A DNA stretch of 64,000 bases from an uncultured Actinomycetes bacterium (GCA_963777085.1 CAVZPI010000017.1:81615-145614), one strand, 5' to 3'. Shown: positions 12,019 to 23,338, counted from the first letter of the stretch. Numbers and translations: made by a program. Notes: generated by a model not told the origin, from the letters alone.

Positions 12019-12456
12019 ATGCCCGGGAGCGCGCAGCCAGGCGGAGCCGATCCGGTGTTCCGGCTGCCGGTGTACCGGCGCTTCAGCGACCTCGACCCGC
12101 TGGGGCACGTCAACAACGTCGTCTTCTACGACTACCTGCAGGAAGCCCGCGTGCAGATGCTCACGAGGCTGGGGCACCTCGACGTCAGCACGCTCGCCCA
12201 GGTTGTCGTCAAGCAGGAGATGACCTATCGCAAGCCGCTGCTGCTCAAGCCCGAGCCCATCGTGATCGAGACGTGGGTCGGGCACGTGGGCAACTCGTCG
12301 TACTCGGTCAGGTACCGGATCATCGACGAGGTCGGCGACCTCGCGGCCGAGGCCATGACGCTGCTCGCGAACGTGGACCTGCAGACGGGCCGGCCGATCA
12401 GGCTCGAGGCCGAGCTGCGTGCGCTCCTCTCGGCCCTGACGATCCCTGCCTGCTGA
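12019..12456 (+). CDS. acyl-CoA thioesterase (4HBT/hotdog fold)
   Basis: The motif RFSDLDPLGHVNNVVFYDYLQEAR is typical of the YbgC/4HBT family. Start chosen at MPGSAQ. Confidence 0.75.
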   Translation: MPGSAQPGGADPVFRLPVYRRFSDLDPLGHVNNVVFYDYLQEARVQMLTRLGHLDVSTLAQVVVKQEMTYRKPLLLKPEPIVIETWVGHVGNSSYSVRYRIIDEVGDLAAEAMTLLANVDLQTGRPIRLEAELRALLSALTIPAC

Positions 12457-12483
12457 ACCATCGCAGCCGCGAGGTCGCGGAGG

Positions 12484-13707
12484 CTAGGCGTCGAGGGCGG
12501 CCAGGGCGGCACCCGCGAGCAGGGCCGCGCCCACGGCGATCGCCCGCTCGTCGACGTCGAAGGTGGCCGAGTGCAGGTCGCGTCGCTCGCCCGGGTCGGC
12601 AGGGTCGTGCGTGCCGAGGCGCACGTAGGTGCCCGGCACCCGCTCGAGGTACCAGGCGAACGAGTCGCCGCCCATGGACTGCGGCGTGTCGACGACGCTG
12701 CCCCGGCCCAGCAGCCGTGTCGCCACCCGGCCCACCCGCTCGGTCGCCGCGATGTCGTTGACGACGGGCGGCACGCCGGGGACGTAGTCGAGCCGCCAGG
12801 CCGGCGGCTCGCCGATCGACGGGTCCGAGACGAGCTCGGCGAGGGCCTGCTCGACGAGCCGGCGACCGTCGACCCAGATGGCCCGGCTGGTCGTGCGGAA
12901 GGAGCCCTGCAGGTGGGCGGTCGCCGGGATGACGTTCGCCGCAGCGCCGGCGTGCATCGCACCGAACACCACCGTCAGGTCGCCGCCAGCGAGCCGCTGC
13001 ACGACGTCGGCTAGCCGGTCGGCGATCCGGCCCGTCCAGCGCACGAGGTCGACCGTCAGGTGCGGACGGGCCGTGTGCCCGCCGGGGCCGGTCAGGACCA
13101 CCTCGAACCGGTCGGCGGCCGCCGTGAGCGGGCCGACGCGCAGCCCCACTGCCCCCACGTCGATCTTGGGATCGCAGTGCAGTCCGTAGATGCATCGCAC
13201 GTGCTCGAGCCAGCCGTCGGCGATCACGTCGAGGGCCCCGCCCGGCACGACCTCCTCCGACGGCTCGAAGACCAGTCGCACGACAGCCCGCCGCGGTGCC
13301 GTGCGGCGCACGTCGAGCAGTGCGAGGGCCGCACCGAGCAGGGCGGCGGTGTGCACGTCGTGGCCGCAGGCGTGCGCGATGCCGGCGTGCCGGGACCGGT
13401 AGGGGGTGACCGTCAGGTCGTCCATGGCGAGGGCATCGATGTCGGCGCGCAGCGCGACGGTCGGCATGGACGCAGCGTCGGGCCGCACGTCCGGATCCAG
13501 GCTGATGTCGCAGACCAGGCCGGTGCCCGTCGACAGGACCCTCGGGTCCAGGCCCTCGACCAGGAGCCGCTCGACGAGCGTCTCGGTGGTGACGTACTCG
13601 AGGCCGGACAGCTCCGGCTGGGCGTGCAGGTTGCGCCGGAGGGCGACCAGCTCGTGCTCGTGCGCCGCGACAAGCATGCGGAGATCGCCGATCAGGGGCT
13701 CGATCAC
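12484..13707 (-). CDS. M20D family amidohydrolase (N-acyl-L-amino acid amidohydrolase-like)
   Basis: LRRNLHAQPELSGLEY, HACGHDVH and FEPSEE motifs. GTG start. Confidence 0.85.
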   Translation of the reverse strand: MIEPLIGDLRMLVAAHEHELVALRRNLHAQPELSGLEYVTTETLVERLLVEGLDPRVLSTGTGLVCDISLDPDVRPDAASMPTVALRADIDALAMDDLTVTPYRSRHAGIAHACGHDVHTAALLGAALALLDVRRTAPRRAVVRLVFEPSEEVVPGGALDVIADGWLEHVRCIYGLHCDPKIDVGAVGLRVGPLTAAADRFEVVLTGPGGHTARPHLTVDLVRWTGRIADRLADVVQRLAGGDLTVVFGAMHAGAAANVIPATAHLQGSFRTTSRAIWVDGRRLVEQALAELVSDPSIGEPPAWRLDYVPGVPPVVNDIAATERVGRVATRLLGRGSVVDTPQSMGGDSFAWYLERVPGTYVRLGTHDPADPGERRDLHSATFDVDERAIAVGAALLAGAALAALDA

Positions 13708-13838
13708 GGGGCGGTCGATCCTGGGACGTCGGTGGTCGTCGCCGCACCCACGAGCGCACCCGTGTCGACGTCGACGAGGGCGAACTCGAACTCGACGCCG
13801 AGGCTGCTTCGCTCGGACGCGTGGAAGTCGACCCGCAC
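13704..13838 (-). pseudogene. N-terminal remnant of a carboxylate-amine ligase (GCS2/YbdK family)
   Basis: An unlisted 44-codon frame reads VRVDFHASERSSLGVEFEFALVDVDTGALVG. This matches the conserved N-terminus of YbdK-type ligases. It then stops at a TGA overlapping the M20 GTG start. Confidence 0.4.
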
Positions 13839-13911
13839 GCCGGCAAGACTAGGCGGAGGAGGGCAGTCGTTGCAGGGATACCTCGCAGGCCACCAACGGG
13901 CTGGGACGTGC

Positions 13912-14523
13912 CTACCGGGATTCGAGCGCGAGGCGGCCGGCGAGCAGCACGTATGTGCCAGCGAACGTGCGACGCAGCCGGGCCATCACGGCGGGCCGGC
14001 TGATGACGTTCGCGCGCATCGTTGCGGCGAACACGCCATAGAGCGCGAACACAGCGAAGGTGAGCGCCATGAACACGAGGCTGAGCCAGGCCATGTGCCA
14101 GGTGCCGTTGGTCTCGGCGATGGGAACGAACTGGGGCAGGAACGCGAAGAAGAAGATCGTCAGCTTGGGATTGAGCAGGTTGATCAGGACGGCCGTACGG
14201 ATCACCCGCCAGAACGAGATCGGCTCTGGCCTGGCGCCGATGTCGATCGCCGACTTGTCCCGCAGCGTCTGCCACGCGAGGAGGAGCAGGTAGGCGACGC
14301 CGAGCCACTTGATCGTCTGGAAGGCGACCGCGCTGGCGTTCAGGATCGCGGCAAGGCCGGTGATCGCGGCGACCATGTGGGGGATGACGCCGAGCGTGCA
14401 CCCGAACGCGGCGATAGTGCCGGCCCTCGCGCCGCGGGAGAGTCCAGCCGCGATCGAGTACACGGCGCCGGTGCCCGGGGTGGCGACGACGACCAGGGTC
14501 GTGATCAGAAACGCAATGCTCAT
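13912..14523 (-). CDS. LysE/RhtB family amino-acid exporter
   Basis: A 203-aa polytopic membrane protein with TPGTGAVY and NPK motifs. Visibly lower GC than its neighbours. Confidence 0.85.
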   Translation of the reverse strand: MSIAFLITTLVVVATPGTGAVYSIAAGLSRGARAGTIAAFGCTLGVIPHMVAAITGLAAILNASAVAFQTIKWLGVAYLLLLAWQTLRDKSAIDIGARPEPISFWRVIRTAVLINLLNPKLTIFFFAFLPQFVPIAETNGTWHMAWLSLVFMALTFAVFALYGVFAATMRANVISRPAVMARLRRTFAGTYVLLAGRLALESR

Positions 14524-16278
14524 GGGCTGCTATCCGGTGGTGCCAGCCAGAGCGCGGTTTCGGGGCCGACGGCCAGGTGGACGCCGGACTCGCCGGTCGC
14601 CTCAGTGGCAAGCGCCGCGACGTCGTCGCTCGAGGCCACGAGGAGCTCCGTGCCCCACTCGACCGGCAGGTGCACGACCCCATCGGTCAGGTTGATGACG
14701 GACACGACCGGCGCTGCCGTCGGCGGCCACGCGCCGGATGGCCAGCACGTCGCCGAGGTGGTCGAGCCACTCCAGCGCCCCGTCGCCCAGCGACGGCTCC
14801 GCGCGGCGCACGCGCAGGGCCGTCCGGTACATCTCGAGCGTGGAGCCCTCGACGCCCAGCTGCCTGGCCACGGACAGCTCGGCCCACTCCTCGGGCTGCG
14901 GCAGCCACGATCGGGCGCCGGGGCCGAAGCCGTAGGAGGGGGAGTCGCCGGACCACGCGATGGGCACCCGGCAGCCGTCGCGGGTGCCGTCGGTGCCGCC
15001 GCTGCGATGCCAGGCCGGATCCTGCCGCGCCTCGGGGGGCAGGTCGGTGACCTCGGGCAGGCCGAGCTCCTCGCCCTGGTAGATGTACGTGGACCCGGGC
15101 AGGGAGAGCGTGAACAGCGTCGCCGCCCGTGCCCGGCGCAGGCCGCGCTCGAGGTCCAGCCCGTCGCGAGGAGTGAGCGCAGCGAGCCCCGGAGCAGCGG
15201 GCTCGTCGACGCCGGTGTCATCCGACTCGAGCGGCGCCATGCGCGTGCGATGCCGCACGACGTCGTGGTTCGACAGCACCCACGTGGGCGGGGCGCCGAC
15301 CCTGGCGTGGTTGGCGATGGTCTCGTCGATGGACGTGCGCATCGCGTCGGCGTGCCAGCCGGCCTCGAGGTAGGCGAAGTTGAACGACGTGTGCAGCTCG
15401 TCGGGGCGCTGGTAGCGCGCGAGCCGCTCGGCGTTCGGCACCCACGTCTCGCCGCAGAAGACCCGCGGCGGGTCGTACTCGTCGGCCACGGCGCGCCACT
15501 CGCGGTAGATGTCGTGCACGCCGTCCTGGTCCCAGAAGGGTGCGTGGGCGATGTCCTCCTCGAACATCGCCTGGTGCTTCTCCTCGTCGGGCAGCGGGTA
15601 GTCGAAGTCGGGCAGTCCGGCCTCCTTGACGAGGCCGTGCGCCACGTCGATGCGGAAGCCGTCGATGCCGCGGTCGAACCAGAACCGCAGGATGTCGCGG
15701 AACTGCGCGTGCACCTCGGGGTTGTCCCAGTTCAGGTCCGGCTGCGTGGTGTCGAACAGGTGCAGGTACCAGTAGCCCGTCGGCTGCCCCTGCGGCGTGC
15801 GGATGCGCGACCAGCCGCAGCCGTGGAACACGCTTCGCCAGTTGTTCGGCGGGGCCTCGCGGTCCTCGCCAGTGCCCTCGCGGACGATATAGCGGTCCCA
15901 GGCAGGGGACGTGGCGGGCGCGGCGAGCAGTTCCTGGAACCAGGGGTGCTCGCTGCTGGTGTGGTTCGGCACGATGTCCATGAGGATGCGGATGCCGCGC
16001 GCGTGCGACTGCGCGATCAGCTCGTCCACGTCGGACATGGTGCCCAGGCGCGGGTCGATGGAGCGGTAGTCGGCGACGTCGTAGCCACCGTCGTGGAGCG
16101 GCGACGTGTAGAAGGGCGAGACCCAGATCGCATCGACGCCGAGGTCGGCGAGGTAGCCCAGGCGGGAGATCAGCCCGGGGATGTCGCCCATCCCGTCGCC
16201 GTCGCTGTCCGCGAAGGAGCGCGGGTAGACCTGGTAGACGACCGCGTGCCGCCACCAGTTGCTGTCGTTGCTCGTCAT
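14520..16278 (-). pseudogene. GH13 alpha-glucosidase / oligo-1,6-glucosidase, one frameshift near 14705
   Basis: The N-terminus WWRHAVVYQVYPRSFADSDGDGMGD and the motifs GFRIDVAHG and NHD identify GH13. The native C-terminus (...PVVSVINLTDGVVHLPVEWGTELLVAS...) continues in the frame of ORF 14520-15221. Its stop overlaps the LysE ATG (ATGA). Confidence 0.85.
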
Positions 16279-16688
16279 CGTCCGACCTCCGTCACGTCGA
16301 TCGCGCCTGCCGGCGCGTCGTCAGGGATGTTCTGCATGGCGAATGCGGCGCCCACCAGATACTGCCAGAGCAGCGCCTCGGACTCCGCGGGCATGGCCTG
16401 TTCGACCACCGCCTCGTGCATGAGGAGAAGCCACCTGTCGCGTGCCACTGCGTCGATGGGGAAGCTCGCGTGCCGCATGCGCAGGCGCGGATGCCCTCGC
16501 TCGTCCCCGTACGTGGTCGGCCCGCCCCAGTACTGCTCGAGGAACATGGTCAGCCGGCGCTGCGCCGGCGCGAGGTCGCCCGCGGGGTACATCGGCCGGA
16601 GTACCGGGTCGACGGCCACCCGCGCGTAGAACCCGGCCACGAGCCGGTCGAAGAACTCCGCCCCGCCCAGCAGCTCGTAGGGCGTCAC
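16275..16688 (-). CDS. glbO: group II truncated hemoglobin
   Basis: TPYELLGGAEFFDRLVAGFYARVAVDPVLRPMYP...RLRMRHASFPI is trHbO-like. GTG start in a GTGA overlap; stop in an ATGA overlap. Confidence 0.85.
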   Translation of the reverse strand: MTPYELLGGAEFFDRLVAGFYARVAVDPVLRPMYPAGDLAPAQRRLTMFLEQYWGGPTTYGDERGHPRLRMRHASFPIDAVARDRWLLLMHEAVVEQAMPAESEALLWQYLVGAAFAMQNIPDDAPAGAIDVTEVGR

Positions 16689-17677
16689 GGGTGGTGCGGT
16701 CCGGTCGTCGGGGGAATCTGCGATCCCGGCACGTTGGGCTGCTGCTGGCGCACCAGCACGGGCACGACGATCCCGGCGCGGTCGAAGGCCAGTTTCATGC
16801 GCTCGCGGATGGTCCGGGCCACGTCGATCTGCTTCTCCGGGGCGGCCTTGGCCGTGATGCGGATGAAGACGGCCTCGCCGGACACCGACTCCACGCCGGC
16901 GAACGACGGGCGGCCCAGCAGCAGGTCGTCGTAGTTCGGGTCCTCGTCCATGTCGACGGCTACCGCCTCGACGATCTCGCGCACCTTGTCGATGTTCTCG
17001 TTGTACGCGATGGGGATGTCGACGATCGCCATGGTCCAGCCCTGGGAGCGGTTGGCGACCCGCAGGATCTCGCCGTTGCGCACGTACCAGACGACGCCGG
17101 ACGGGTCGCGCAGCCGCGTGAACCGCAGGGCCACCTCCTCCACGGTGCCCATGACCGGCCCGAGGTCGACCATGTCGCCCACGCCGAACTGGTCCTCGAC
17201 GATGAGGAAGATCCCCGAGAGGTAGTCCTTGACCAGGGTCTGCGCGCCGAAGCCCAGCGCGACGCCGACGACGCCGGCACTTGCGAGCAGCGGGGCCACG
17301 TCGACGCCGAGCATCGGCAGGACCATGAGGATCGCGATGGACCACACGGTGATGGCGATGACGCTGCGCAGCAGCGTGCCGATGGCCGCGGCGCGCTGCT
17401 CGGTCCGCTGGGTCAGCAGCAGGTTGGACAGCTCGGCCGTCCGGGTGATCTGGCGCATCTGTGCCAGGCGCTGGTGCTTGGCCCGCTCCGAGGCCCGAGT
17501 CACGACCCGGCGGATCGCCCGGGTCAGGACGAACTGCACCACGAAGGCCGTGAGGATGATGATGAGGATCTGCAGGGGCACGCCGAGCAGCCAGTCGCGT
17601 GCCTGCTCCCAGAACGGCGCGTCCTTGGCCGCGGCATGGGGGGCGAGCGCCACCGCGGCCAGCACTGCCGCCGTCAT
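16685..17677 (-). CDS. small-conductance mechanosensitive channel (MscS family)
   Basis: Three transmembrane segments followed by the GFGAQTLVKDYLSGIFLIVEDQFGVGD core motif. The ATG lies in an ATGA overlap with the true stop of the upstream peptidase frame. Confidence 0.85.
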   Translation of the reverse strand: MTAAVLAAVALAPHAAAKDAPFWEQARDWLLGVPLQILIIILTAFVVQFVLTRAIRRVVTRASERAKHQRLAQMRQITRTAELSNLLLTQRTEQRAAAIGTLLRSVIAITVWSIAILMVLPMLGVDVAPLLASAGVVGVALGFGAQTLVKDYLSGIFLIVEDQFGVGDMVDLGPVMGTVEEVALRFTRLRDPSGVVWYVRNGEILRVANRSQGWTMAIVDIPIAYNENIDKVREIVEAVAVDMDEDPNYDDLLLGRPSFAGVESVSGEAVFIRITAKAAPEKQIDVARTIRERMKLAFDRAGIVVPVLVRQQQPNVPGSQIPPTTGPHHP

Positions 17678-19762
17678 GACAGGCCGGTCCAGTTCGCGAG
17701 GAAGGCGAGGGTGTCCGCGGACTCGTCGACGGACTTGTCCAGCGAGCGTGCGCCGTGGCCAACGTCGCCCTCCGTGCGCAGCAGGACCGGCCGGGTGCCG
17801 GAGGTGGCGTGCTGGCGCGGCCGCGCACATCTTGCGCCCGTGCATCGGGTCGGTGCGCGTGTCGTTGTCGAACACCGCGAACATCGTGGCCGGGTAGTCG
17901 GTGCCGTCGACCACATGGTGGTACGGGGAGTAGCCGATGAGCCAGCCGAACTGCTCGGCCACCTCCGGGTCGCCGTACTCGACGGTCCATGTCGGGCCGA
18001 GCTCGCTGGTCGTGTACCGGATCATGTCGAGCAGCGGGGCGACGCAGACGACGGCGTTGAACAGGTCGGGGCGCTGCGTCATCGCGGCTCCGACCAGCAG
18101 GCCGCCGTTCGAGCCGCCGTAGATCCCGAGCTGCTGCGGCGTGGTCCACCCGTCGGCGATGAGGGACTCGGCGGCCGCGTGGAAGTCGTCGTAGACGTTC
18201 TGCTTGTTGGCGAGCATGCCGTCGCGGTGCCAATGCTCGCCCTCCTCGCCGCCGCCCCGGATGTTCGCGACGGCCCACACGCCGCCCGCCTCGACCCACG
18301 CGAGGATCGCCGCGGAGTAGCCCGGGTTCATCGGCACGCCGAAGCCGCCATAGCCGTACAGGACGGTCGGCCGAGGCACGTCCGGGTCCTTCGTCGGCGA
18401 GATGACGAACATCCGCACTACCGTGCCGTCCTTGGAGGTGTAGGCGACCTGGCGCGAGTGCACGGTCGGCACGTCGACCGAGCCGGGGGGCGTCGCGTAC
18501 AGCGAGATCTCGTCGGTGCGGGCGTCGTACGCGTAGATGGTCGGGACCGTCGTGTGGTCGGTGTAGACGAGCCAGGTGACGGGCCCGCCGTCGATGTGCT
18601 CGACGGGTCCGCCGACGGTGCCGGCGCCCGGCAGCCCGATCTCCTTGATGAACGTCCCGTCGACGGCGCGGTGCAGGGCCATGTGCGCGACTCCGTGGCT
18701 CGTGCGCACGACGAGGAGCAGGTCCTCGTCGAGCTCGTCGCCGTCCAGCACGGTGACCGACTCCAGCACCGCCTCGGGGTCCTCGGGGATGAGGTCGGTC
18801 CAGTCCTCGGACCACCACGTGCCCGGGCTCGTGACCGCGAGCCGGCCGCGGGGGGCATCGAGGTCGGTGCTGACGAGGACGCGGCCGTCGCGGGCGAACG
18901 TGAGGCCGGTCTGCGCGTCGACGTCTCCCTGGACGAGCGTGAACGCCGGCGCCTCGGGCGCGCTCTGGGTCAGGTCCGCCACCCACAGGTCGTTGCGGGG
19001 CTCGGTGCCCTCGGCGCTGGAGACCTGCAGCCAGCGTCCGTCCCGGCTGACCTCGACCCCGTAGTAGTTGGTCATCGTCTGGCCGGCCCCGAACACCAGG
19101 ATGTCGGTGTCGGGATCGGCGCCGACCCGGTGCAGGTAGACCCGGCGGTGGAAGCCCTGCTCCGGCTCCGGCAGCAGCTCCGGGGCGATGCGGCGCACGT
19201 AGTAGTAGGAGCCGCTGCCGAGCAGCCAGGCGATCGGGGAGTATCGGCAGCGGTCGATCGGGCCCTCGATGGTCTCGCCGGTGGCCACGTCCATGACGTA
19301 CAGCAGCGACTCCTCGTTGCCGCCCACGGACAGCTGGTAGGCGATCCGGTCGCCCTCCTTGGAGGGCTGCCAGCTGTCGAGCGTGGTCACGCCGGTCGGG
19401 TCGATGGCCATCGGGTCGATCAGCACCCGCTCGGCTCCGTCCGCCTCGACGACGTACAGCACCGAGAACTGCTGGCCCGGCTCGCGGCGTGACAGGAAGT
19501 GCCGGCCGCCGCGCCAGTACGGCGGCGAGATCGAGCCGGCTCCGAGCAGCTGGCCGATGCGCTCGACGAAGCGGTCGCGGGTGGTCCACGTCTCGCGCTC
19601 GGCCGACATCAGCTCGGACTGCTGGCCGAGCCACTCCTGGGTCCGCGGGTCGTCCGTCTGCTCGAGCCACCGGTACGGATCCGGAACGGCCGTGCCGTGG
19701 AAGTCGTCGACCAGGTCGAGTCGGGGGGCGGCGGGGTACGAGGGTGAGGTCACGGACCCCAC
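17674..19762 (-). pseudogene. prolyl oligopeptidase (S9A), one frameshift near 17820
   Basis: An N-terminal beta-propeller region is followed by a catalytic GGSNGGLL serine motif. The native C-terminus (QHATSGTRPVLLRTEGDVGHGA...FLANWTGLS) lies in ORF 17674-17916. The 1025-aa read-through fusion with MscS is an artefact of the indel. Confidence 0.85.
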
Positions 19763-19808
19763 CCTACGTAAGGGCCGGGGGGCGTCGTGCTGTCGTTAGG
19801 CTCGGGAG

Positions 19809-21188
19809 GTGGAGCTGCATGATCTCTCGGCCCTCGAGCAGGCGCTCGCCATCCGACACCGCGAGGTGTCGTCGGTGGAGCTCGCTGAGCACTACCTGCG
19901 CCGCTCGCACGAGCTGAACGACACAGTCGGGGCGTTCGTGATCCTGACGGACGACCTGGCGATGGCGCAGGCCCGGGCCGCGGACCGGGCGGTTGCCGAG
20001 GCGGACGATCCTGAGCGCCTGCCCGTCCTGCATGGGGTCGTGGTGCCCGTCAAGGACCTGAACCAGGTCGCCGGCGTGCCCATCCGCTTCGGGTCGTCCG
20101 TCATCGACATGGTCGCGGGCGTCGACGACGACGTCGTGGTGCGACTGCGCGAGGGCGGCACCGTCATGACCGGCAAGACCTCGACTCCCGAGTTCGGGCT
20201 GCCCGCCTACACCGAGCCCGATGTGGGCAGGTGGGCCAGGACGCCCTGGGACCTCGAGCGATCCGCGGGGGGATCGAGTGGGGGAGCGGCGGCCGCGGTG
20301 GCCGCCGGGCTGGCCCCTGTCGCCCAGGGCTCGGACGGCGGCGGGTCGATCCGCATCCCGGCCAGCGTGTGCGGGCTGGTGGGACTGAAGCCGTCGCGCG
20401 GCCTCGTCTCGAACGGCCCGATGCCCGAGTCCATCGGCCGGCTCGGCGTGCAGGGAGCCCTCGCGCGCACGGTCGCCGACGCGGCGGCGCTGCTCGACGT
20501 GATGACGGGCCGCGACGAGTTCCGCGCGAGCACCGACAGGGATCCGCGGACCCTGCTCGTGGGCCGGTACGCGAGCCCCGTCATCGCCGACACGGTCGTC
20601 CATCACGCGTGCATCGCGGCCTTCGAGTCCGCGACCCGGCTCCTGGAGTCGCTCGGCCACCGGGTCATCGACGTCGACGTGCCGATGCCCCTATCCGCTG
20701 TGCCCCACTTCGAGGCGGTTTGGGCGAGCCTCGCGGCCGGGATCCCCGTCGATCCCCGTCGGGAGGCGGACCTGCGACCGCTCACTCGATGGCTGCGCGA
20801 GCGGGGGCGGGCGCTGAGCCTCGAGGAGTCCGGTGCGGCGGCCGAGTTCATGGCCGGTCATGCCGACCGGGCGCTGGCCGAGACGGCCCACGTCGACATC
20901 ATCCTGACGCCGACGCTGGCCGACCTGCCGTCGCCGATCGGTGCGCTGCGAGACGACGCCGACCCGGCGGCGGACTTCGAGGCGCAGAAGCGGTTCACGC
21001 CGTTCACGTCGCCGTACAACATGACTGGGCAGCCAGCCGTTAGTCTGCCACTGCACTGGGCGAACGACGGCTTGCCGATCGGAGTGCAACTCGTGGGCCG
21101 TCCGATGCGTGAAACGACACTGCTGAGCCTGGCCGCCCAACTCGAGAGGGCGCAGCCGTGGGCCCACAGACACCCGGAGGTCTGGTGA
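19809..21188 (+). CDS. amidase (amidase-signature family)
   Basis: GGSSGGAAAAVAAG...GSDGGGSIRIPAS signature. Confidence 0.85.
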   Translation: MELHDLSALEQALAIRHREVSSVELAEHYLRRSHELNDTVGAFVILTDDLAMAQARAADRAVAEADDPERLPVLHGVVVPVKDLNQVAGVPIRFGSSVIDMVAGVDDDVVVRLREGGTVMTGKTSTPEFGLPAYTEPDVGRWARTPWDLERSAGGSSGGAAAAVAAGLAPVAQGSDGGGSIRIPASVCGLVGLKPSRGLVSNGPMPESIGRLGVQGALARTVADAAALLDVMTGRDEFRASTDRDPRTLLVGRYASPVIADTVVHHACIAAFESATRLLESLGHRVIDVDVPMPLSAVPHFEAVWASLAAGIPVDPRREADLRPLTRWLRERGRALSLEESGAAAEFMAGHADRALAETAHVDIILTPTLADLPSPIGALRDDADPAADFEAQKRFTPFTSPYNMTGQPAVSLPLHWANDGLPIGVQLVGRPMRETTLLSLAAQLERAQPWAHRHPEVW

Positions 21189-23338
21189 ACGTGCCCGAAG
21201 CACCCGAATGGATACCCGTCTCCGACGAGCTGGCGCGGCTGGCCGAGGTCAACGGCGTGGCCACGCAGTACTGGGACCAGGCGGGCAACCTCGTGCATGT
21301 CGGCGCGGCCACGGTCGAGGCGGTCCTCCAGGCGCTCGGGCTCGACGTGTCGAGCAGCGAGTCCATCGCCGCCGCCGCCGAGAGCCTGCGGCTGCGGGAC
21401 TGGCGCCGCATGCTGCCTCCCGTGTTCGTCGTGCGGCAGGGCGCCGATACGCGCCTGTGGGTGCACGTGCCGCATGGCCGAGTGGTTCGCGCCTGGGTGA
21501 CAACGGAGGACGGGTACCGCACCGACCTGGACCAGATGGACTGGTGGGTCGAGCCGGTCGAGGTTGACGGCACCCTCATCGGCGAGGCCAGCTTCCGGGT
21601 GCCCGCGGACCTGCCGCTCGGGTGGCACGTCGTCACCGCCGAGACGGACGACGCGGCCCAGAGCACTCCCCTCGTCGTGGCGCCCCAGCGCCTCGACCCC
21701 GCGGCCATCGCAGGCGACCGCCAGTGGGGATTCATGACGCAGGTCTACGCGATGCGCTCGGCGGACTCTTGGGGGCTGGGCGACCTGCACGACCTGGCCT
21801 CGCTCGCCGCGTGGAGCGGTCGTGAGCTCGGCGCCGGCTTCGTGCTCATCAACCCCCTGCACGCCGCCTCGCCGGTGCCGCCCATGTCCCCGTCGCCGTA
21901 CCTGCCCGTCACGCGGCGGTTCGCCAACCCCATGTACCTGCGCATCGAGGACGTCCCGGAGTACGCCGGCCTGACGCCTGCCGTCGCGGAGCGGGTCGAG
22001 CAGCTGGCAAGCCGGCTGCGGCAGCTGAACCGCACCGCGGACCTGCTGGACAGGGACGGCGTCTGGGGTGCCAAGCGGGTCGCGCTCGAGGCCATCCACC
22101 GGGTCGGCCTCACCGACGGGCGTCGCGCCGAGTACACCGCGCTTCTGCGCGGCGGAGGGCATCGGGCTCGTCGACTTCGCGACGTGGTGCGCCCTGTGCG
22201 ACGTCCATGGCAACGCCAGCGATGCCTGGCCGGCCGAGCTCGGCCACCCCGCGTCGCCGGCCGTCGCCGCCTTCCGCGACGCGCATGCCGACCTCGTCGA
22301 CTTCCACATGTGGACGCAGTGGCTGGTCGACCAGCAGATGTCCGTGACGCAGCAGGCTGCGCGCGACGCCGGCATGCCCATCGGGATCATGCACGACCTG
22401 GCCGTCGGGGTTCACCCCGAGGGATCGGACGCCTGGGCGCTCCAGGACGTGCTCGCCCGCGGGGTCAGCGTGGGCGCGCCGCCGGACATGTACAACCAGA
22501 TGGGCCAGGACTGGTCGCAGCCGCCGTGGCGGCCGGACGCGCTGGCCGAGGCGGGCTTCCTGCCCTACCGCGACATGCTGCGCACCGTGCTCGCCCACGC
22601 CGGCGGCCTGCGCATCGATCACGTGCTCGGGCTGTTCCGGCTGTGGTGGGTGCCGCAGGGCTTCCCGGCCTACGCCGGGACCTTCGTGCGGTTCGACTAC
22701 GACGCGATGCTGAGCATTCTCATGCTCGAGGCGCACCGGGCGGGCGCGCTCGTCGTCGGCGAGGATCTCGGCACGGTCGAACCGTGGGTCCAGGTCGCGC
22801 TCGCCGAGCGGGGCATCCTGGGCACGAGCATCCTGTGGTTCGAGACGGTGGAGGGCGGGGCGATCAGGGACCCCTTCGACTGGCGTCGCGACGTGCTCGC
22901 GAGCGTCACCGTGCACGACCTGCCGCCCACCGCGGGCTACCTTCGCGATGAGCATGTGCGCATCCGTGCAGAGCTGGGCTGCTGACGACCCCCGAGAGGA
23001 CCGAGCGGGAGAACGCCGCGCGGGAGCGCCTCGCCTGGGCCGAGGTCCTGCGCCGGCACGGCTGGCTCGCGGACGACGTGGACCTGTCGACCGACGAGGG
23101 GCTCGAGCAGCTCGTCGTGGCGCTGCACCGTGCGGTGGCCGCGTCGCCGGCGCGGCTGGTCGGGGTCTCACTGCCTGACGTCGTCGGGGATCGGCGGGCG
23201 CAGAACCAGCCGGGCACCGACCAGGAGTACCCGAACTGGCGCGTGCCGATGACCGACGCGGCGGGCGACCCGGTCCTCATCGAGGACCTGCTCGTACAGC
23301 CCGCGCTGCTCGCCCGCATCATCGACGCCGTCCGTTAG
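21185..23338 (+). pseudogene. malQ: 4-alpha-glucanotransferase (amylomaltase, long actinobacterial form), two frame disruptions
   Basis: Three collinear frame segments: 21185-about 22139, about 22139-22979, and about 22979-23338. Motifs include PLGWH, INPLHA, GMPIGIMHDLAVG, RIDHVLGLFRLWW and NQPGT..EYPNWR. The GTG start overlaps the amidase stop (GTGA). Confidence 0.85.

Noticed and set aside
13060-19670. Very long track ORFs: 13060-16629 (+, 1189 aa), 16442-19492 (+, 1016 aa), 16275-19670 (-, 1131 aa) and 12398-14683 (-, 761 aa)
   Set aside because: They run antisense or out of frame to genes with clear family motifs. Their products are Arg/Pro/Gly/Ala low-complexity strings, typical of stop-poor alternative frames in roughly 70% GC DNA.
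16685-19762. A single 1025-aa prolyl-oligopeptidase/MscS fusion protein
   Set aside because: The peptidase C-terminus after ...RKMCAA turns into Arg/Pro-rich nonsense. The native C-terminus is in the adjacent frame and stops in an ATGA overlap with the MscS ATG at 17677, so the fusion is a read-through caused by a 1-nt indel.
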